DNA of 63,620 bases, counting the filler, from Asterionella formosa (lineage: Eukaryota): the NCBI GenBank assembly GCA_002256025.1. It is 18 parts of 18 records of this genome, joined end to end, with 100 filler letters (N's around TTAATTAATTAA, not from the genome) between each part and the next. Parts side by side here need not be neighbours in the genome. Positions count along the whole stretch, not along the records: positions 33,246 to 53,983 come from NKIB01003262.1; 17 more parts are not named here. One strand, given 5' to 3'. Below, one piece after another: positions 37,110-49,351 of this stretch. Both the position numbers and the translations under genes were made by a program. Numbering within the stretch: the stretch's first letter is position 1; each line of letters opens with the position of its first letter. The notes beneath the pieces are model-generated. The model was not told where the DNA came from. It saw only the letters and a list, made by a program, of their open reading frames with translations, and did no database searches.

Positions 37110-38621
37110 TTAATTTGTTAACCTAGCATTATTTCGTCTATGAGTCATGCAAGAACCACCATCATGTGCGCATTCCTCGCAACAGGGTGAGTTGTCACTT
37201 CCAGGATTTGATTGGAGCTCTTTACAACGTGCCTTATAAAATGTGTGCAATGCCCGATCCTTGATCACAAAGCTAAAGAGAAAATCAAAGCAAAATTTCA
37301 CGTCACGATCTTGTTGTTTAAATGGCTTTGGAGAAGCAAGGCGTGCCGAGTTGGTAACAAGCGCGACACTAGCAGGACGATGAGAAGTGAGAACGGAAAT
37401 AAGGTGCGAGTGAGTGATTGGCACAATAGTTATGAAGGGACAAGAAAGCAACAAAATCTGTGTAAAAAGAAAATTATTCACGTACCAGAACCGAACCCAT
37501 GCACTAATCTTGTCATAGTTGATGGTTGCCGAGTGTTGTCGAAACTCGATTGTAGGTTGACGACCACTCACAAGATTTTGTAAGTTTAATTTGTAATACC
37601 GGCCTGAACGGTTCATCAATTTGGCCAAGGATGCGATATCCTGACAATCAGCCAACGCGGTATGCCTTTTCTTGTTGCTGCTGATCCCCCCAACATGCTG
37701 GTCCACTGAGGCTTTGTTGCTCTGAAAGTATCGATCACTTTCGGGACTTCCAGTGCGACGAGAAGGAGGCATGAACGAATCCATGACATCCTCGTACTTG
37801 ATAAAGTTCTGACAAACCTTGATGAGTTGCTGCAAAGATTTGCCCGATACATCGACATGGACATGAAACCCCATACTCTTGTTTACCTTTAGCTTGGGAT
37901 TGAATTTCGACAAGGCCCTGGTGACGTCGGTAACCTCCGAGAGGCCCTTGCCGCCTTCCAGGACTCGCGACACCAACTCAAATGTATTACAATTTGGCAA
38001 AGTGGAGCTGCACACAATGCTGCTGTCGGGAACAATTTTCCATCCCCCTTTGTAAGGGTCTCGTCCTTCAGTGTAACTGTCGACAACCTTGACCTTACCA
38101 GCGTTTCGGGGCATTTTATCGGCAATCGCTTCAGGGAGAACTCCGACAGCTGAGGTCAACTCCAGTTCAATACCAAATTTCTGCGTTTCCGGAATCTTGA
38201 GCATTCGAAGCTGTCCATCTCCCGAGTCGATCAGGGTGCGCACTTGCGATTCTTTTCTCGAAGCACCTTCCTCGTCCAGCACTATTTCATGCTCAACTTC
38301 CATTTGAGAGCCGCCGATACCTCGAATCTTGAGGGTGGCCACCACAGATCCATACGTTTCTTGTCGCGTGCTGAAACGCCACACAAGCTGACCATCGGGT
38401 CGCCTGACAGGGATTGGCGCATGGCAAACAAACGTCTGAGGATGAAAGGAGGGCCCTAAATCAAAAGTCACTCGTTCCACGACATTCGATTTCCCGCGAA
38501 GCACATCTAGGTAGAGAGTCCAGTTATGAATCTTCTTGTATTGTCTGCTGCGATCCAGCTTGGCTACGAGGACAGGAATCCTCGTGTACGTGTTGCCGAC
38601 GACGAAATCAACTCTCACCAT
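37110..38621 (-). CDS. YEATS-like domain fused to a COOH-NH2 ligase (Amidoligase_2-type); one 117-bp in-frame intron (37369-37485); ~464 aa
   Basis: YEATS-like HNWTLYL...VERVTFDLGPSF...QETYG; ligase motifs FGIELE, WKIVPDSSI, FELVS, GFHVHV, RYYKLN, TIEFRQH; removing GTACGT...CTAG gives VRFCVALV. Confidence 0.85.
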   Translation of the reverse strand: MVRVDFVVGNTYTRIPVLVAKLDRSRQYKKIHNWTLYLDVLRGKSNVVERVTFDLGPSFHPQTFVCHAPIPVRRPDGQLVWRFSTRQETYGSVVATLKIRGIGGSQMEVEHEIVLDEEGASRKESQVRTLIDSGDGQLRMLKIPETQKFGIELELTSAVGVLPEAIADKMPRNAGKVKVVDSYTEGRDPYKGGWKIVPDSSIVCSSTLPNCNTFELVSRVLEGGKGLSEVTDVTRALSKFNPKLKVNKSMGFHVHVDVSGKSLQQLIKVCQNFIKYEDVMDSFMPPSRRTGSPESDRYFQSNKASVDQHVGGISSNKKRHTALADCQDIASLAKLMNRSGRYYKLNLQNLVSGRQPTIEFRQHSATINYDKISAWVRFWYVNNFLFTQILLLSCPFITIVPITHSHLISVLTSHRPASVALVTNSARLASPKPFKQQDRDVKFCFDFLFSFVIKDRALHTFYKARCKELQSNPGSDNSPCCEECAHDGGSCMTHRRNNARLTN

Positions 38622-40233
38622 GCTCACTTCGTTAAAACTGAACTGGACAATAGCAACTACCGGTATATAGACTACCTGGTACCGGCACTAGAGATTGTTT
38701 GATGATCGCCAGCTTTATTATCGGTAGACTAGTGGAGGAGATGTGATAGTTCTTCTGCTCAAAAATACAGATTTCGCTCGAGGATTAAAAACAGGAACAT
38801 GGCTAAAAATGCAGAACAAAGCAAAGGGACAACCAATTTGGATACAGGCAGTATGACATACGTAAAGTAATTCAAAGTGACACGTGTAACAATTTGATAC
38901 CGGTATACTGGTATGTAGGGGCTATAATACAGCATATGTTCTGGACTCGAAGCACCCTCCACACGCAAGCTTTTGTGCTTCAAACGTTCGTTGATAAAAT
39001 GGGCAATTGAAAGTCATTGTAAAAAGAATCCTAATCATTCTCATGTTTTCTTAGCTGAATAAATATTGTTTTCATCATGCCGATTGACGAAAGTGACATG
39101 AGGGTGGGTCGATCGCTGATGAGAAAGCTTAAGTCTGGAATGCTGCCAAGATTTGCTGAGAAAGGAAGAAGTCGAAAATCATAAATTGCAGTGATTTGAT
39201 AATTTCGGAGAATCATTACTTTTCTGCTCATAGAACCCTTTGTAGGCGTTGTTCTCCCTGTGATCACAACACAATAAAGCTAGCATAGTAGTGAACAATA
39301 CAACTTCACCATAAATATTACATCATTACACAACTTCAGAATCGTGATCCTTGTCCTCCTCCATTTGTCTTGATTGCTTCGTTTTTTTGTCTTGCAGAAC
39401 CTCACAGGTTGATTGTAGTATTTACTAGGCAGTTGTGAGGGAATTGTGCGCAGTGTCCCCACTGTGAAAATCAAAAAAGAAGAACTTTCCAACAGTTGTT
39501 AGTAGTGATGAGCAACAGAGGACCGGTTATTGTCACACAAATTTTTGCACCAGCATCTCACTCAGTTGTCCATTTTAATTCCTGTTCTTTCTTGTGGAAG
39601 TAGCGATAACGATGATATGAGGATTGCATTGATTTGAATGAGCGATAAGTGGCGAAATAAAAGTTGGTGTAATATTCTTCAAGTCGGACATTGTACATTG
39701 GCAACCACACAAGGAGCGGATTGGCGAAGGTTTCAAGCAACAACACAACAATCAGCAGATCATCAGGGACAAGGGAAGCAACAAATATGTCATTCTATTT
39801 ACAGCTGTAGCAATTTTTATTCGGAAATTGCATACAAATTATCAAGCAAATGTCATCAAAGTGCTGCCCCAAAACATATAATGATAGCTACTAGCTAATC
39901 ATTATTTCCTATAGTTTGCTATCATTTACCCTGTATGTGAGGTCACCAACACTACCAAAAGCACACCATTGTCAATCAATTGATTGATTTAGCATTGCTA
40001 GTGGTTTTGTCATTGTAAATTGTGCTTGAGGGGTATTTCAATGGGCGATTTTTCCAAAATAAGCAAGTAGCCAGCAACATAAAGTACCATAAGTATTTGT
40101 TGAGAGACTCCTTTTACCTATTATAGGAAAAACAGACTAAAACATCCTGGAAAATACAAATGTTTGACCACGTCAAAGGTTGCATGTGTGTAATGGGAAC
40201 GAATGAACATCTGAATGTATGAACTTATGAACG

Positions 40234-40918
40234 TGTGACAATGGAGGTGAATTTACTGGTATTCCTTTCATACACATGATGTTAGTGTTGAATGGAATTA
40301 AAAATAGGACCATTACAGTCAAGAGTCCACAAACAAATGCTATCTGTGAACGTTTACATCAATCTATCAGCAACAGTCCACAAATTATGTTAAACGCTCA
40401 TCCTCCAATCACGGAATTTCAAGCTTAGAATATCGTGGATACCCTGTTTGCTGGTGCATCATATGCAAATTGAGCTACTATTTATAGCACATTGCCTATT
40501 TCATTGGGAATATGGCTGGGTTTTCCAACATGATATGATATTAAATATTCCTTTGATTACAGATATGCAAATTGATATTGGGATATCAATGTCGATAAGT
40601 GATAATTGACAAATGTCTACGTCGTGATAGTTTCCATCGTCATTCTTGTGATTACAAAGTTGGTGATGAGATTTTAATCCTATTGGATAATCCTACTACC
40701 TTGGATGACCATGCGTGGACGAGGTCCTTATTCTATTATTCAAGTATATGCCAATGGTACAGTTACTTTTCAACCTATCATATTTATCAGAACTCAATAA
40801 TGAGAGAAATCGACTAACCCTTATTGTATATTTTGGTGTCGACTTAGAGAACGAGTTACACACAAGGATTAACAAATAAGCTCATACATTCAACAAATAC
40901 TCCTACTTCTAGTTTTCA
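40234..40918 (+). mobile_element. Ty3/gypsy integrase relic with partial 3' LTR
   Basis: DNGGEFTG, GIKNRTITVKSPQTNAICERLHQ, DYKVGDEIL, QVYANGTVT; 40776-40918 is the reverse complement of the LTR part at 53363-53513. Confidence 0.85.
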
Positions 40919-41826
40919 CTTGGTACCAGTAGCACAGTTCAAAATACCGGTTGCGGTTATTGAAGCACAGGGCGGGAGCTCGACGACCGGGACATGGACT
41001 ATCGCTACTGGCACTCTAATATACATACATATGATACGCACGAAAGGTGCACAGTGTATGATTTTTATCGGAGTATCAAGTCTCATACATTTGATTTTTT
41101 TCATTTTGTATTTAAATTGCCAGTTATACCAGTAACAGGTGCTCCTACCTGGTACTCTACCACAACTGGTTGCAACTGTCGTACTGGCATGTACATTGAG
41201 TACCACGTACCACATTTCTATGTAGAGAGAACTTGTTCAGTATTCTTCATTGCGTGCGTGGTACTGGTACCAGGGTTCCTGTTGCCGGCAGGCAAAATGC
41301 GTTACTTCGCTCGTGCTTCTCGCAAACTCTATGTAGCTCCTACCAGTAGTACTCTCGGTATACGACATACTACCTGGTATGGTAAATACCTGTAGAAATG
41401 TTACAATCATTCATATGAATAAGAAAAAATGAGGTGGGATCGCTCGTCGGCCGGGCGGCTCTTCCTCACGATTTAAATTGTGTTCTTGGCTGGCTGTCTT
41501 CAACTTGTTTGGCTGAACAAAGAAGAAGGCATCGAGCAATGATGCGTGTTTGATTTCTCGAGACGCAAGTTCGTCATTTTATACTCCTCCTTTTAACAAT
41601 CTAAACTACCCTGACTAGTATTGTCTAGTGTTAACCCACAACATACTTTCTTGCGAACCCCCCTCATCTGAACGACGACCCATTTGGAATTACTTCCATT
41701 GACGACATATCCATGGTTTGAAATCGGATCCCGACACAACGGAATACAAATTAACGTGAGGAAAGGGCGAACTCGAAAATTGCATATCAAAGCAGCCACA
41801 TTGCTAATTTCCTACTACAGTGGATC

Positions 41827-43104
41827 ATGAAGGCCGTGATCACTCTCTTATTCAAGAAGGAAACCTTCATCGTTGCCGTCCTTTCGTATGCTTTGTTTCG
41901 ATTAGGCAATCAGAAACTATCGAATCAGTTATCCAGTTCATCGGTGGCATCCAGCACCCCTTGCAATCAGTCAGCAACAGTCATTAGCGACTTGGACGTC
42001 TGCCGAAGTTATGGAATATCCGCGGATCAACTATGCGCTTCATGGGATGTTGAAATGGATTCGTGGTGGACGCATCATCCCGAATGGGAGATTTCGTTCG
42101 AAAATGATGCTTGCTTTTGCTTCAGAAAGATGGCGAACCATACTCCTCAGTACGCATTTCTTCGTGAAATCTACAATCTGCAGTTTTCGGAGTCGACGGA
42201 TTGTTCGAAAGTATACAGCAAGAATATGGTCTCTTATGGTTTTGGTCTCGACACGTTAACGTTGGCTGATAGGCTACTGTACGGCTACCAGAACAAAAGA
42301 CCATTCCAACTCATAAGAAATGAATGGAAATATGCAGTCTCACCAGACAAGACATTTAAAGTCTGTCCGAATGCTTCTGCATTTTGTTTCTTTTTACCTA
42401 TCGGAAAGTGCCCAGCTGGAGTACACCAGATCAATCCAGACGGAGAATGGAGTTTGGATGCAAAAATAAAAAATCCAGCGCAGCGACAATGGTTACGGGT
42501 ACATGTCACGAGACCTCAGCAGTGGTTTCGTAAGCGCCTGTATGAATATATGAAAGAGCGCTTCCCCTGGGAGGTGCATACACCATGTGTAGCCATGCAT
42601 GTACGTCGATCTGATGTTGTCAAAGATGGTTTTACTCGAAAGTATTTTGCCATTGCCGAATATCTAGAAAAAGTACCAGATCTCAAGTCAAGAAAAATCA
42701 AGAATATTATGCTCTTCACTGACGATGCTAATGCTATCGATGAAGCTCTCGAGTTTCACTGTGACTACAACTGGATGTACATGAACAGGACAAGGTATCG
42801 TGGGGCAGAAGGGAAATGGGGAGTGCATATGCCATCAAATGATCCAGTGATGGAGGTTCTGGCTATATATGCCACCTTTCGGCTCGCCATGCATTGTGAC
42901 ATCCTGGTTCATTCCAAGAGCGCCTTTTCCCCAGCAATTTATGACTACATGGCTTCAACCCGACGTAACATCACACGTATCGAGATTGATAAAGACGAAG
43001 GGAAACGCCCTAACCAAAAATATGCAGGCTCGAATAAATTGCTTGAGAGTAAGTTGGACGAGCTGAGAAAGAAGAAAGGAAGCAATGTTAGTATCAATTC
43101 GTAA
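41827..43104 (+). CDS. GT23/alpha-1,6-fucosyltransferase-like glycosyltransferase, paralog 2
   Basis: 425-aa intact ORF; N-terminal anchor; HVRRSD and LFTDD motifs. Confidence 0.78.
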   Translation: MKAVITLLFKKETFIVAVLSYALFRLGNQKLSNQLSSSSVASSTPCNQSATVISDLDVCRSYGISADQLCASWDVEMDSWWTHHPEWEISFENDACFCFRKMANHTPQYAFLREIYNLQFSESTDCSKVYSKNMVSYGFGLDTLTLADRLLYGYQNKRPFQLIRNEWKYAVSPDKTFKVCPNASAFCFFLPIGKCPAGVHQINPDGEWSLDAKIKNPAQRQWLRVHVTRPQQWFRKRLYEYMKERFPWEVHTPCVAMHVRRSDVVKDGFTRKYFAIAEYLEKVPDLKSRKIKNIMLFTDDANAIDEALEFHCDYNWMYMNRTRYRGAEGKWGVHMPSNDPVMEVLAIYATFRLAMHCDILVHSKSAFSPAIYDYMASTRRNITRIEIDKDEGKRPNQKYAGSNKLLESKLDELRKKKGSNVSINS

Positions 43105-43613
43105 ATTTCGAGTTCATGTACCGTATTTATTTCCACATTTCTTGTCAATGAGACCTGCCATTTCCTTAAGCCGATGCTTATTATTGTAAGAAATAATATT
43201 TTCTATAATATATGTAGACTATTACTATGTTAACAGCACTGATAAATTCTTTTTCAATTCAAATTAAAGAATTCATGGATGGTTATACACACCATGCATG
43301 TGGTGGTACGTGAGGATTTATCCTTTTTAATTGTAGGGAATAATATCTTATCATGCTGTAAGTCAAAGATCATGTCTCTCGCGTAATTCCATAGCCAACA
43401 GAATGGTGTGGCATTACAGGTCATTCATTTGGAATATAGTGTAATTCTATTCTCAGTGTTCAATTCATCTGTCGCTTGAATTTTTCAATATTTGTTTGGA
43501 GCCTTTTCAATAGAAATGGGAGTCGATGGGAAACTTCTTCTTGAGATGCCCTATCAAACAGACCCATTGTAGTCAATCCACTTTTGTCGCTGTCATCGTA
43601 TACCAATCTTCAT

Positions 43614-45162
43614 TTATTGGACCCGTTCTGGTGCAACGGTTTCTTTCTTATCATGTTTGTCCGCATCTTCATTTTCCTGAAAGGCATTGACACTTAAAAA
43701 TCCATCATCATCATCTGTAAATACAATTTGTTGAGTAATGTTAACAAGAACACGATCTCCTACCAGCAACGGCGTAGGTTCGTCCGTCCGTTTCTGTGGT
43801 GTCAAGCGTTGCCGACGACGTGCTTCTCGATCCAGTAATGGATCTTCATCGTCTTCAGTATCCATTGCTTTGGATATAACATGATATCCCCTCCGTACTG
43901 CATCTTCTTTTGACACATCTGACACAATGACAACACCATTTCCCCGTTCATCCCACCCAACTACAGCCAACGTATGTGGTTGATCTGGTACAAACGCACA
44001 AGCGGTAGGATGTGCCAATCCACGAACTTGAGAAATGGACTTTGGTAAATCTCCACTTTTAGATACCATGGTTAAGAATCGTGAGGACAAGGATGGCTTG
44101 TTTGTAGTAGTAGTAGTAGTATTTGTATTCCCCGAGGCTGCTCGATGCAAACCAAACACGTGAGCTGTCCCCTTGTCCGAACAACACGCCAAGTAGGAAT
44201 GGTCCCATGACCATACCAATCCTGTCATGTCAACCCGTTCCACACCACGACGGAATTCATGCAACAATGTTGAGGTGTGACAACAAAATACCCGAACGAT
44301 GGTACCTTTAATGCTACAGGTAGCCAATTTCTTTCCATCTTCTGTCAAAGCCAATTGTCTGAGGGATGTGTTATGGGCTTCCATGAGCTGTATTTTGGTA
44401 AAATTATATGAAGGTAAATCAATAGTGAGAAATGGTGAGTCATCCTAAAGTCAAGTGACAATCATCATATCATCAATTGTGGTCCAACTAAGGAATGCCC
44501 AGAGCACCGATACGTACCACTGTCTTTCTCAATCCATACAATTCCACTCTCACATGTCCCTCTGTTGTACTTGGGCATGCCAGTACCATATCTTGTACGG
44601 CAGTACTCAACGCCATCAAACCATGAGGGTTGTCGGTGGTGTATACTTTATCTCTCAACGACAAGTCTGCCAAGTGGTACACGTAGATCCTATCTCTCAG
44701 CGCCACAGCAATGGAATCTCTCCTCAACTTGACAGCCAGTACACTTTGCCGGAAGGACAACTCTCCAATGGCCTTTTGAACATGATCATCCCACACTAGT
44801 ACAACATGTGGAGCTGCCTTGGGTGTCACTCCTCCTCCCACAATGGCCAATAGGTTGCATCTGAATAGCATTTCCACATGTGCCAGCCCCCCACCAATAT
44901 CTCTAGAAATAGACAATTGGTATTGCGGTGTCAAGTTAAACAACGAAAATCCATTTTGTGTCCCAATAGCCAAACATGTCCCATCTTGATTGAAGGAAGC
45001 ACAGAGCATGGGCGATGTGCAGGACAATGATGCCGCTGTGTTGGAGGTGAGCCATCCAGCAGACGAATGCCGTGCAGCGCTTGTTGCAGTAGTAGTAGTA
45101 AGTGTAGTAGTAGTTGACGTCGACTCATGAGGAGGAGGATCAGTACCGGTTTCTTGCATCAT
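43614..45162 (-). CDS. ATG18: PROPPIN WD40 autophagy protein (ATG18/WIPI3-4-like), 2 exons (45162-44518, 44387-43614), ~472 aa
   Basis: SFNQDGTCLA, EMLFRCNLLAIVGGG, ATCSIKGTIVRVF, FRRG phosphoinositide-binding motif, SDKGTAHVF; GT-AG intron 44388-44517. Confidence 0.93.
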
Positions 45163-46069
45163 TGTTGGATAGTAGTTACGGTAGTAGCAATAGCCTGGTA
45201 ACTGTAGAAGCCAAGGAACACGGGCAGACTAAAAGCAGTCTAGTCTAGTCCAGTCCACACAGTCGAGTCAACCTAGGTGGAAGTTTCGTGATTGCGACAC
45301 GAAGAAGATGCTGCAATCCTTGTCAAAGGTTGATCAGTCAATGGAGGTAGGCAGCAGAATAATGTACAAGCAATGGGGTTACAGTGATGTTTGTGTCTTC
45401 CAGCGAATGATTAAAGGACGAGCAATAGAAGTAACGAACAAAACTGAATACCAGTACCCTGTGTGCGGCGTGCATATTTTCTTTGTTCCGAAAGAAGAAA
45501 CGCACATCCACGGACTGTTTTTCGATATATGTATGTAATTAGGACGGGAAGTAGACCCTTGTTCTTGTTCAGATGACAGACAATATGTACTAGATTATAA
45601 CAGTAGCCCAATGGATACAGTAGACCAGTAGGAACATTGTAAGAAAACAACAATAGGTACCAGAACTAGACTACGGTACTGGTAAAGGCACACACATACG
45701 TACGTGGTTTTTGTGATGACACCAAGAAACAAGGCACAAAAATGTGTGTATTCTTTCTTGTACACCTGGTACCGCAGTTGCCGTACGTAGTCTGTTGGAC
45801 CTCGCCCTCGTCGGAACGAAGAATGTGAAGAAAATCTGCTGCCGACAAACAGTATTTTTGATGAGATCATTGGCTTGTTGTGTTGTGCTGTGCTGTGCTT
45901 CGCTTATATTGCAGCGCTTTGCAGCATAGATTATAGTTGTAGACAGACAGAACCTACTTCACCAACCATCCTCAACCTCCAATCGAACCTATTCTAATAC
46001 TACCGGTATACTACCGGGTATACTACTATACTGTGTTGATCAGGAACACCACAATCCCTTCTAATCATC

Positions 46070-49006
46070 ATGTTAGCACAACGAAATGTCGCTCCATTGT
46101 ATTTGTTGAACCTACAAGGACTTTTTGGTCACGTTGTTCTGATAGTAGTTGTAGCAGTTGCAGTAGTGCTGGATTCCACTACAACGACGAATGCATTCTC
46201 ACCTATTTCGCCAACAACAACCATGACAACTCCACCACATCATCTCGGCATGACAGCAGCAGCAGCAACAACAACGTTTTCTACTGACTCCATGAATCAA
46301 AATCAACCACAAGTATTTGCCAATGGATATTCGACTAAATTGACATTATTGGAAGCCCTAGAAGAAGCAACGACGATGGCATTTCAAAACATCCCACCAT
46401 CAAGCAAGAATATTGACTTGTGTATGGTTTCTGTTTCTAGTTTATATGATGGTCAAGCATCACCAACGATTGTTATTCCGACCATTTTGGCGACTGCCAA
46501 GAACCTGTATAACGATGATATTACTATTCATCATATACTTGGTTGTACAGCTGCTGGATTGATTAGCAGCAGCAGCAACAACAACAACAAGTCGACAACA
46601 TCCACTACAAATACTGCTGCCGCTGCTACAATTATTGTACCGGTAGAATCGGAAGGGATTGCTGGAGTTTCCATTACCTTTTGCATATTACCTGATGTTC
46701 ATGTTCAAACCTTTCATGTTTTGGTGGATGATGTTCCAGATGACATTGGTAGGATCCCTCCAGATACATGGAAACGTGCCATTGGATTATCCACAATGGA
46801 ATCATTGACTGATACGAAACCCATTGTCATGTTGTTGTCATCACCGTCATTTGATACATTAGATGATTTATTGACAGGATTCGATGCTTGTTATCCATCC
46901 AATACAATGGTGGGTGGGATAGCCAGCACTGTAAGTTCCTTGTCACGAGCTAGATTATTTAGATACAATCGGAATGGCGGGATCATGGACACGTTGGCTG
47001 AGGGGTGTGTAGGTGTGGTCCTTCGGGGGGATATTGAAGCCAAGGTTATCATGGCACAAGGAACTAAACCTGTGGGTGGGATTTATCGTGTCGTTAAAGG
47101 CGTGGCATCCACCATTCAAGCCATTTGCTTGGATGAAACTGCTACTCAACAAATTATGGAGGAGGATAATGATAACAACTTTTCTGCGGATGACAATACT
47201 AATGATGATGATTCCACAAAGAATATGAGTGAAGCTGCTGCAGCCTATGCCAAGGCTGCCATTCCGAAACCTATTTTAGCAGAAGCAAACTTTTTACTTC
47301 GAACGTTGTCTGACGATGATCAAGCATCGATGCGAAAGGCCATTTTAGTTGGATTGGAACGATCTGGTGGGATGCCTCGAACTCCGAATGAACTGGCACG
47401 ATTGGCTGCAGGCCAAGGACATCGATTTGTTGTCCAACAAGTAGCAAGTGCTGGAATGAAAGATGGGTCTGTAACATTGCCCCGTGGTGCAGTCAGTGTT
47501 GGACGTCGTTTGAGATTCTTTGTCCGAGAAGCGGAATTTGCAAAACGAGAACTCACGGCCCTTTGGATGGGGTATAAGAAGCAAGTCTTGGAAGGAACGT
47601 TTACTGGTAAACCAGCTTTCACGCCGTCGGCATGTATGATCCTAACAACTGTGGATCGAGGGACTAAATTTTTTGGTGGCAAGCAAGGATATGAAAGTAG
47701 TACGGCGGCAGAATTCGTACCTACCGTGCCATGCATATCTGGCTTTTTTACCAATGGTGTAGTCGGGCCCTTGGATGATGTTGGCATCAATGACAGCCAA
47801 GTCCATTCTAGTGCGGCTGCATTTGTTTTATTCGGAAGCGTGTCACGTCGACCAATCTATACGCCAGCAGTAATTAAGGATACTATAGACATTGACGAAC
47901 TGGAATCAGGCGACACCGCCGACTCTGGTTCCAAGGCCGAGACAACAACAACAAAGAACGTTTCTTCGACTGAAAAGGCGCCTCGCGCTGAGAATGGGGA
48001 ACTGATTCTTAAACGTCGCGAAATTCATGCCGGTCGTGCTTTGACGGTATCGACCGTAGAATGGAGTGTTGCCGACAAGGCGGCAACGCCTACATCGACC
48101 CTCGAAGGATTCATGTGGGACAAGGAAACCGAAGTCGATCGATTTCGAGAACGAGTGCCACTTTCCAACTTGGTCAGTCAATGCAAACTTTCCATTATGG
48201 ACCCCACCATGCCAAAGCCACGAGATTTCACTGGACCAATCCTACGTGCCAATGACTTTGTTATTATTCCAGAGTGCAAGCGCATGGAGCCAGTGACAGG
48301 AAGTCTTCGCAAGCGATACGATGTGGCGTCGCTAGTGAAACAATATGTCGCTGCTGGTGTAACGGCCTTGAGTATCAATTGCGATCCAGTTTTGTTTGGT
48401 GGTGTACTTGACGATATCACGAAGGCCCGAGAAGCAGCGGCATCGGCTGCCGCTGAACTCTCCTCGGAGGATGGAATGGTCGTCCCTCCGATTCTTGCGT
48501 CTGACTTGATCTTGTACCCATACCAATTGTACAAACTTCAATTAGCTGGAGCCGATGCTGTAAATTTGTTGGCAGGTGCTCTTGCTGGTAAAGACTTGAG
48601 TTACCTGACAAAAATCGCGTCTAGCTTGAAACTTCAAGTGTTGGTAACAGTAACGTCTACTGCTCAGATAGAAACGGTATGCAGTCTCCCCAAGGGAAGT
48701 ATTCACGGTTTGATTGTTTCTAATCGAGAATTGGAAGACTTTAGCTTTGACAATACGGGTGAGCAAGTTTTAAGTCTTTTGAAGAGTTCGAGTCTTTCCA
48801 AATTGCGTTCGATTCATGGCGAAAGTCTTCCCGTTTTGGCAGAAGGGCGTGTTGGAATGATTGAACGAACGGGTGGGGATAGATCTGCCTACTTGAAAGA
48901 ACTAAAAGACGCTGGTGCTACAGGCGCCATTGTTGGCGCAGGTATGGTAGTAGATTCTTTGGAAGGAATCAAGGGTCGATTGGAGGAGCTACGAGATAAG
49001 GCGTGA
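46070..49006 (+). CDS. Probably plastid-targeted FIST-N/FIST-C protein fused to an indole-3-glycerol-phosphate-synthase-like TIM barrel
   Basis: Hydrophobic leader then TNAFSP; FIST motifs GCTAAG, GGIAS, AQGTKPVG, RLRFFVR, RG..FFG, GFFTNG; IGPS-like ECKRMEP, DPVLFGG, PYQ, GADAV, NRELEDF, GATGAIVG. Confidence 0.85.
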   Translation: MLAQRNVAPLYLLNLQGLFGHVVLIVVVAVAVVLDSTTTTNAFSPISPTTTMTTPPHHLGMTAAAATTTFSTDSMNQNQPQVFANGYSTKLTLLEALEEATTMAFQNIPPSSKNIDLCMVSVSSLYDGQASPTIVIPTILATAKNLYNDDITIHHILGCTAAGLISSSSNNNNKSTTSTTNTAAAATIIVPVESEGIAGVSITFCILPDVHVQTFHVLVDDVPDDIGRIPPDTWKRAIGLSTMESLTDTKPIVMLLSSPSFDTLDDLLTGFDACYPSNTMVGGIASTVSSLSRARLFRYNRNGGIMDTLAEGCVGVVLRGDIEAKVIMAQGTKPVGGIYRVVKGVASTIQAICLDETATQQIMEEDNDNNFSADDNTNDDDSTKNMSEAAAAYAKAAIPKPILAEANFLLRTLSDDDQASMRKAILVGLERSGGMPRTPNELARLAAGQGHRFVVQQVASAGMKDGSVTLPRGAVSVGRRLRFFVREAEFAKRELTALWMGYKKQVLEGTFTGKPAFTPSACMILTTVDRGTKFFGGKQGYESSTAAEFVPTVPCISGFFTNGVVGPLDDVGINDSQVHSSAAAFVLFGSVSRRPIYTPAVIKDTIDIDELESGDTADSGSKAETTTTKNVSSTEKAPRAENGELILKRREIHAGRALTVSTVEWSVADKAATPTSTLEGFMWDKETEVDRFRERVPLSNLVSQCKLSIMDPTMPKPRDFTGPILRANDFVIIPECKRMEPVTGSLRKRYDVASLVKQYVAAGVTALSINCDPVLFGGVLDDITKAREAAASAAAELSSEDGMVVPPILASDLILYPYQLYKLQLAGADAVNLLAGALAGKDLSYLTKIASSLKLQVLVTVTSTAQIETVCSLPKGSIHGLIVSNRELEDFSFDNTGEQVLSLLKSSSLSKLRSIHGESLPVLAEGRVGMIERTGGDRSAYLKELKDAGATGAIVGAGMVVDSLEGIKGRLEELRDKA

Positions 49007-49351
49007 TCGTGACAAACCTAATTGCAGTGTACCAAGAAATGCAGAGTTTCTGTGTGATGACAGAGCTTCTTCATCAAGGAGGCCGAATTACTAAATAGTA
49101 TACCGGTAGTGCATGCATTTTGCTGCGTTAGAGCCCTATATTTAAACGTAGACTATCAATACTCGCTGTAGTGTTAGCGATTTATTACTATTTTAACCAG
49201 CGTTAAATCTCCTTTCGTCTCAACTGGCTCGATCGCTAACTCACTCACTTTCATGACATTAAAAAATTAATCGTTTGCTCTCCTGATGCATGTCATGGTG
49301 GAATGATGACCAAACTAAACCAAAACAAGCCATGCATTTCCGTTTGTATAG

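Noticed and set aside
37369..37485. Hydrophobic segment YVNNFLFTQILLLSCPFITIV as a TM helix in the ligase
   Set aside because: It is a GT-AG intron of 117 bp that happens to be in frame and stop-free.
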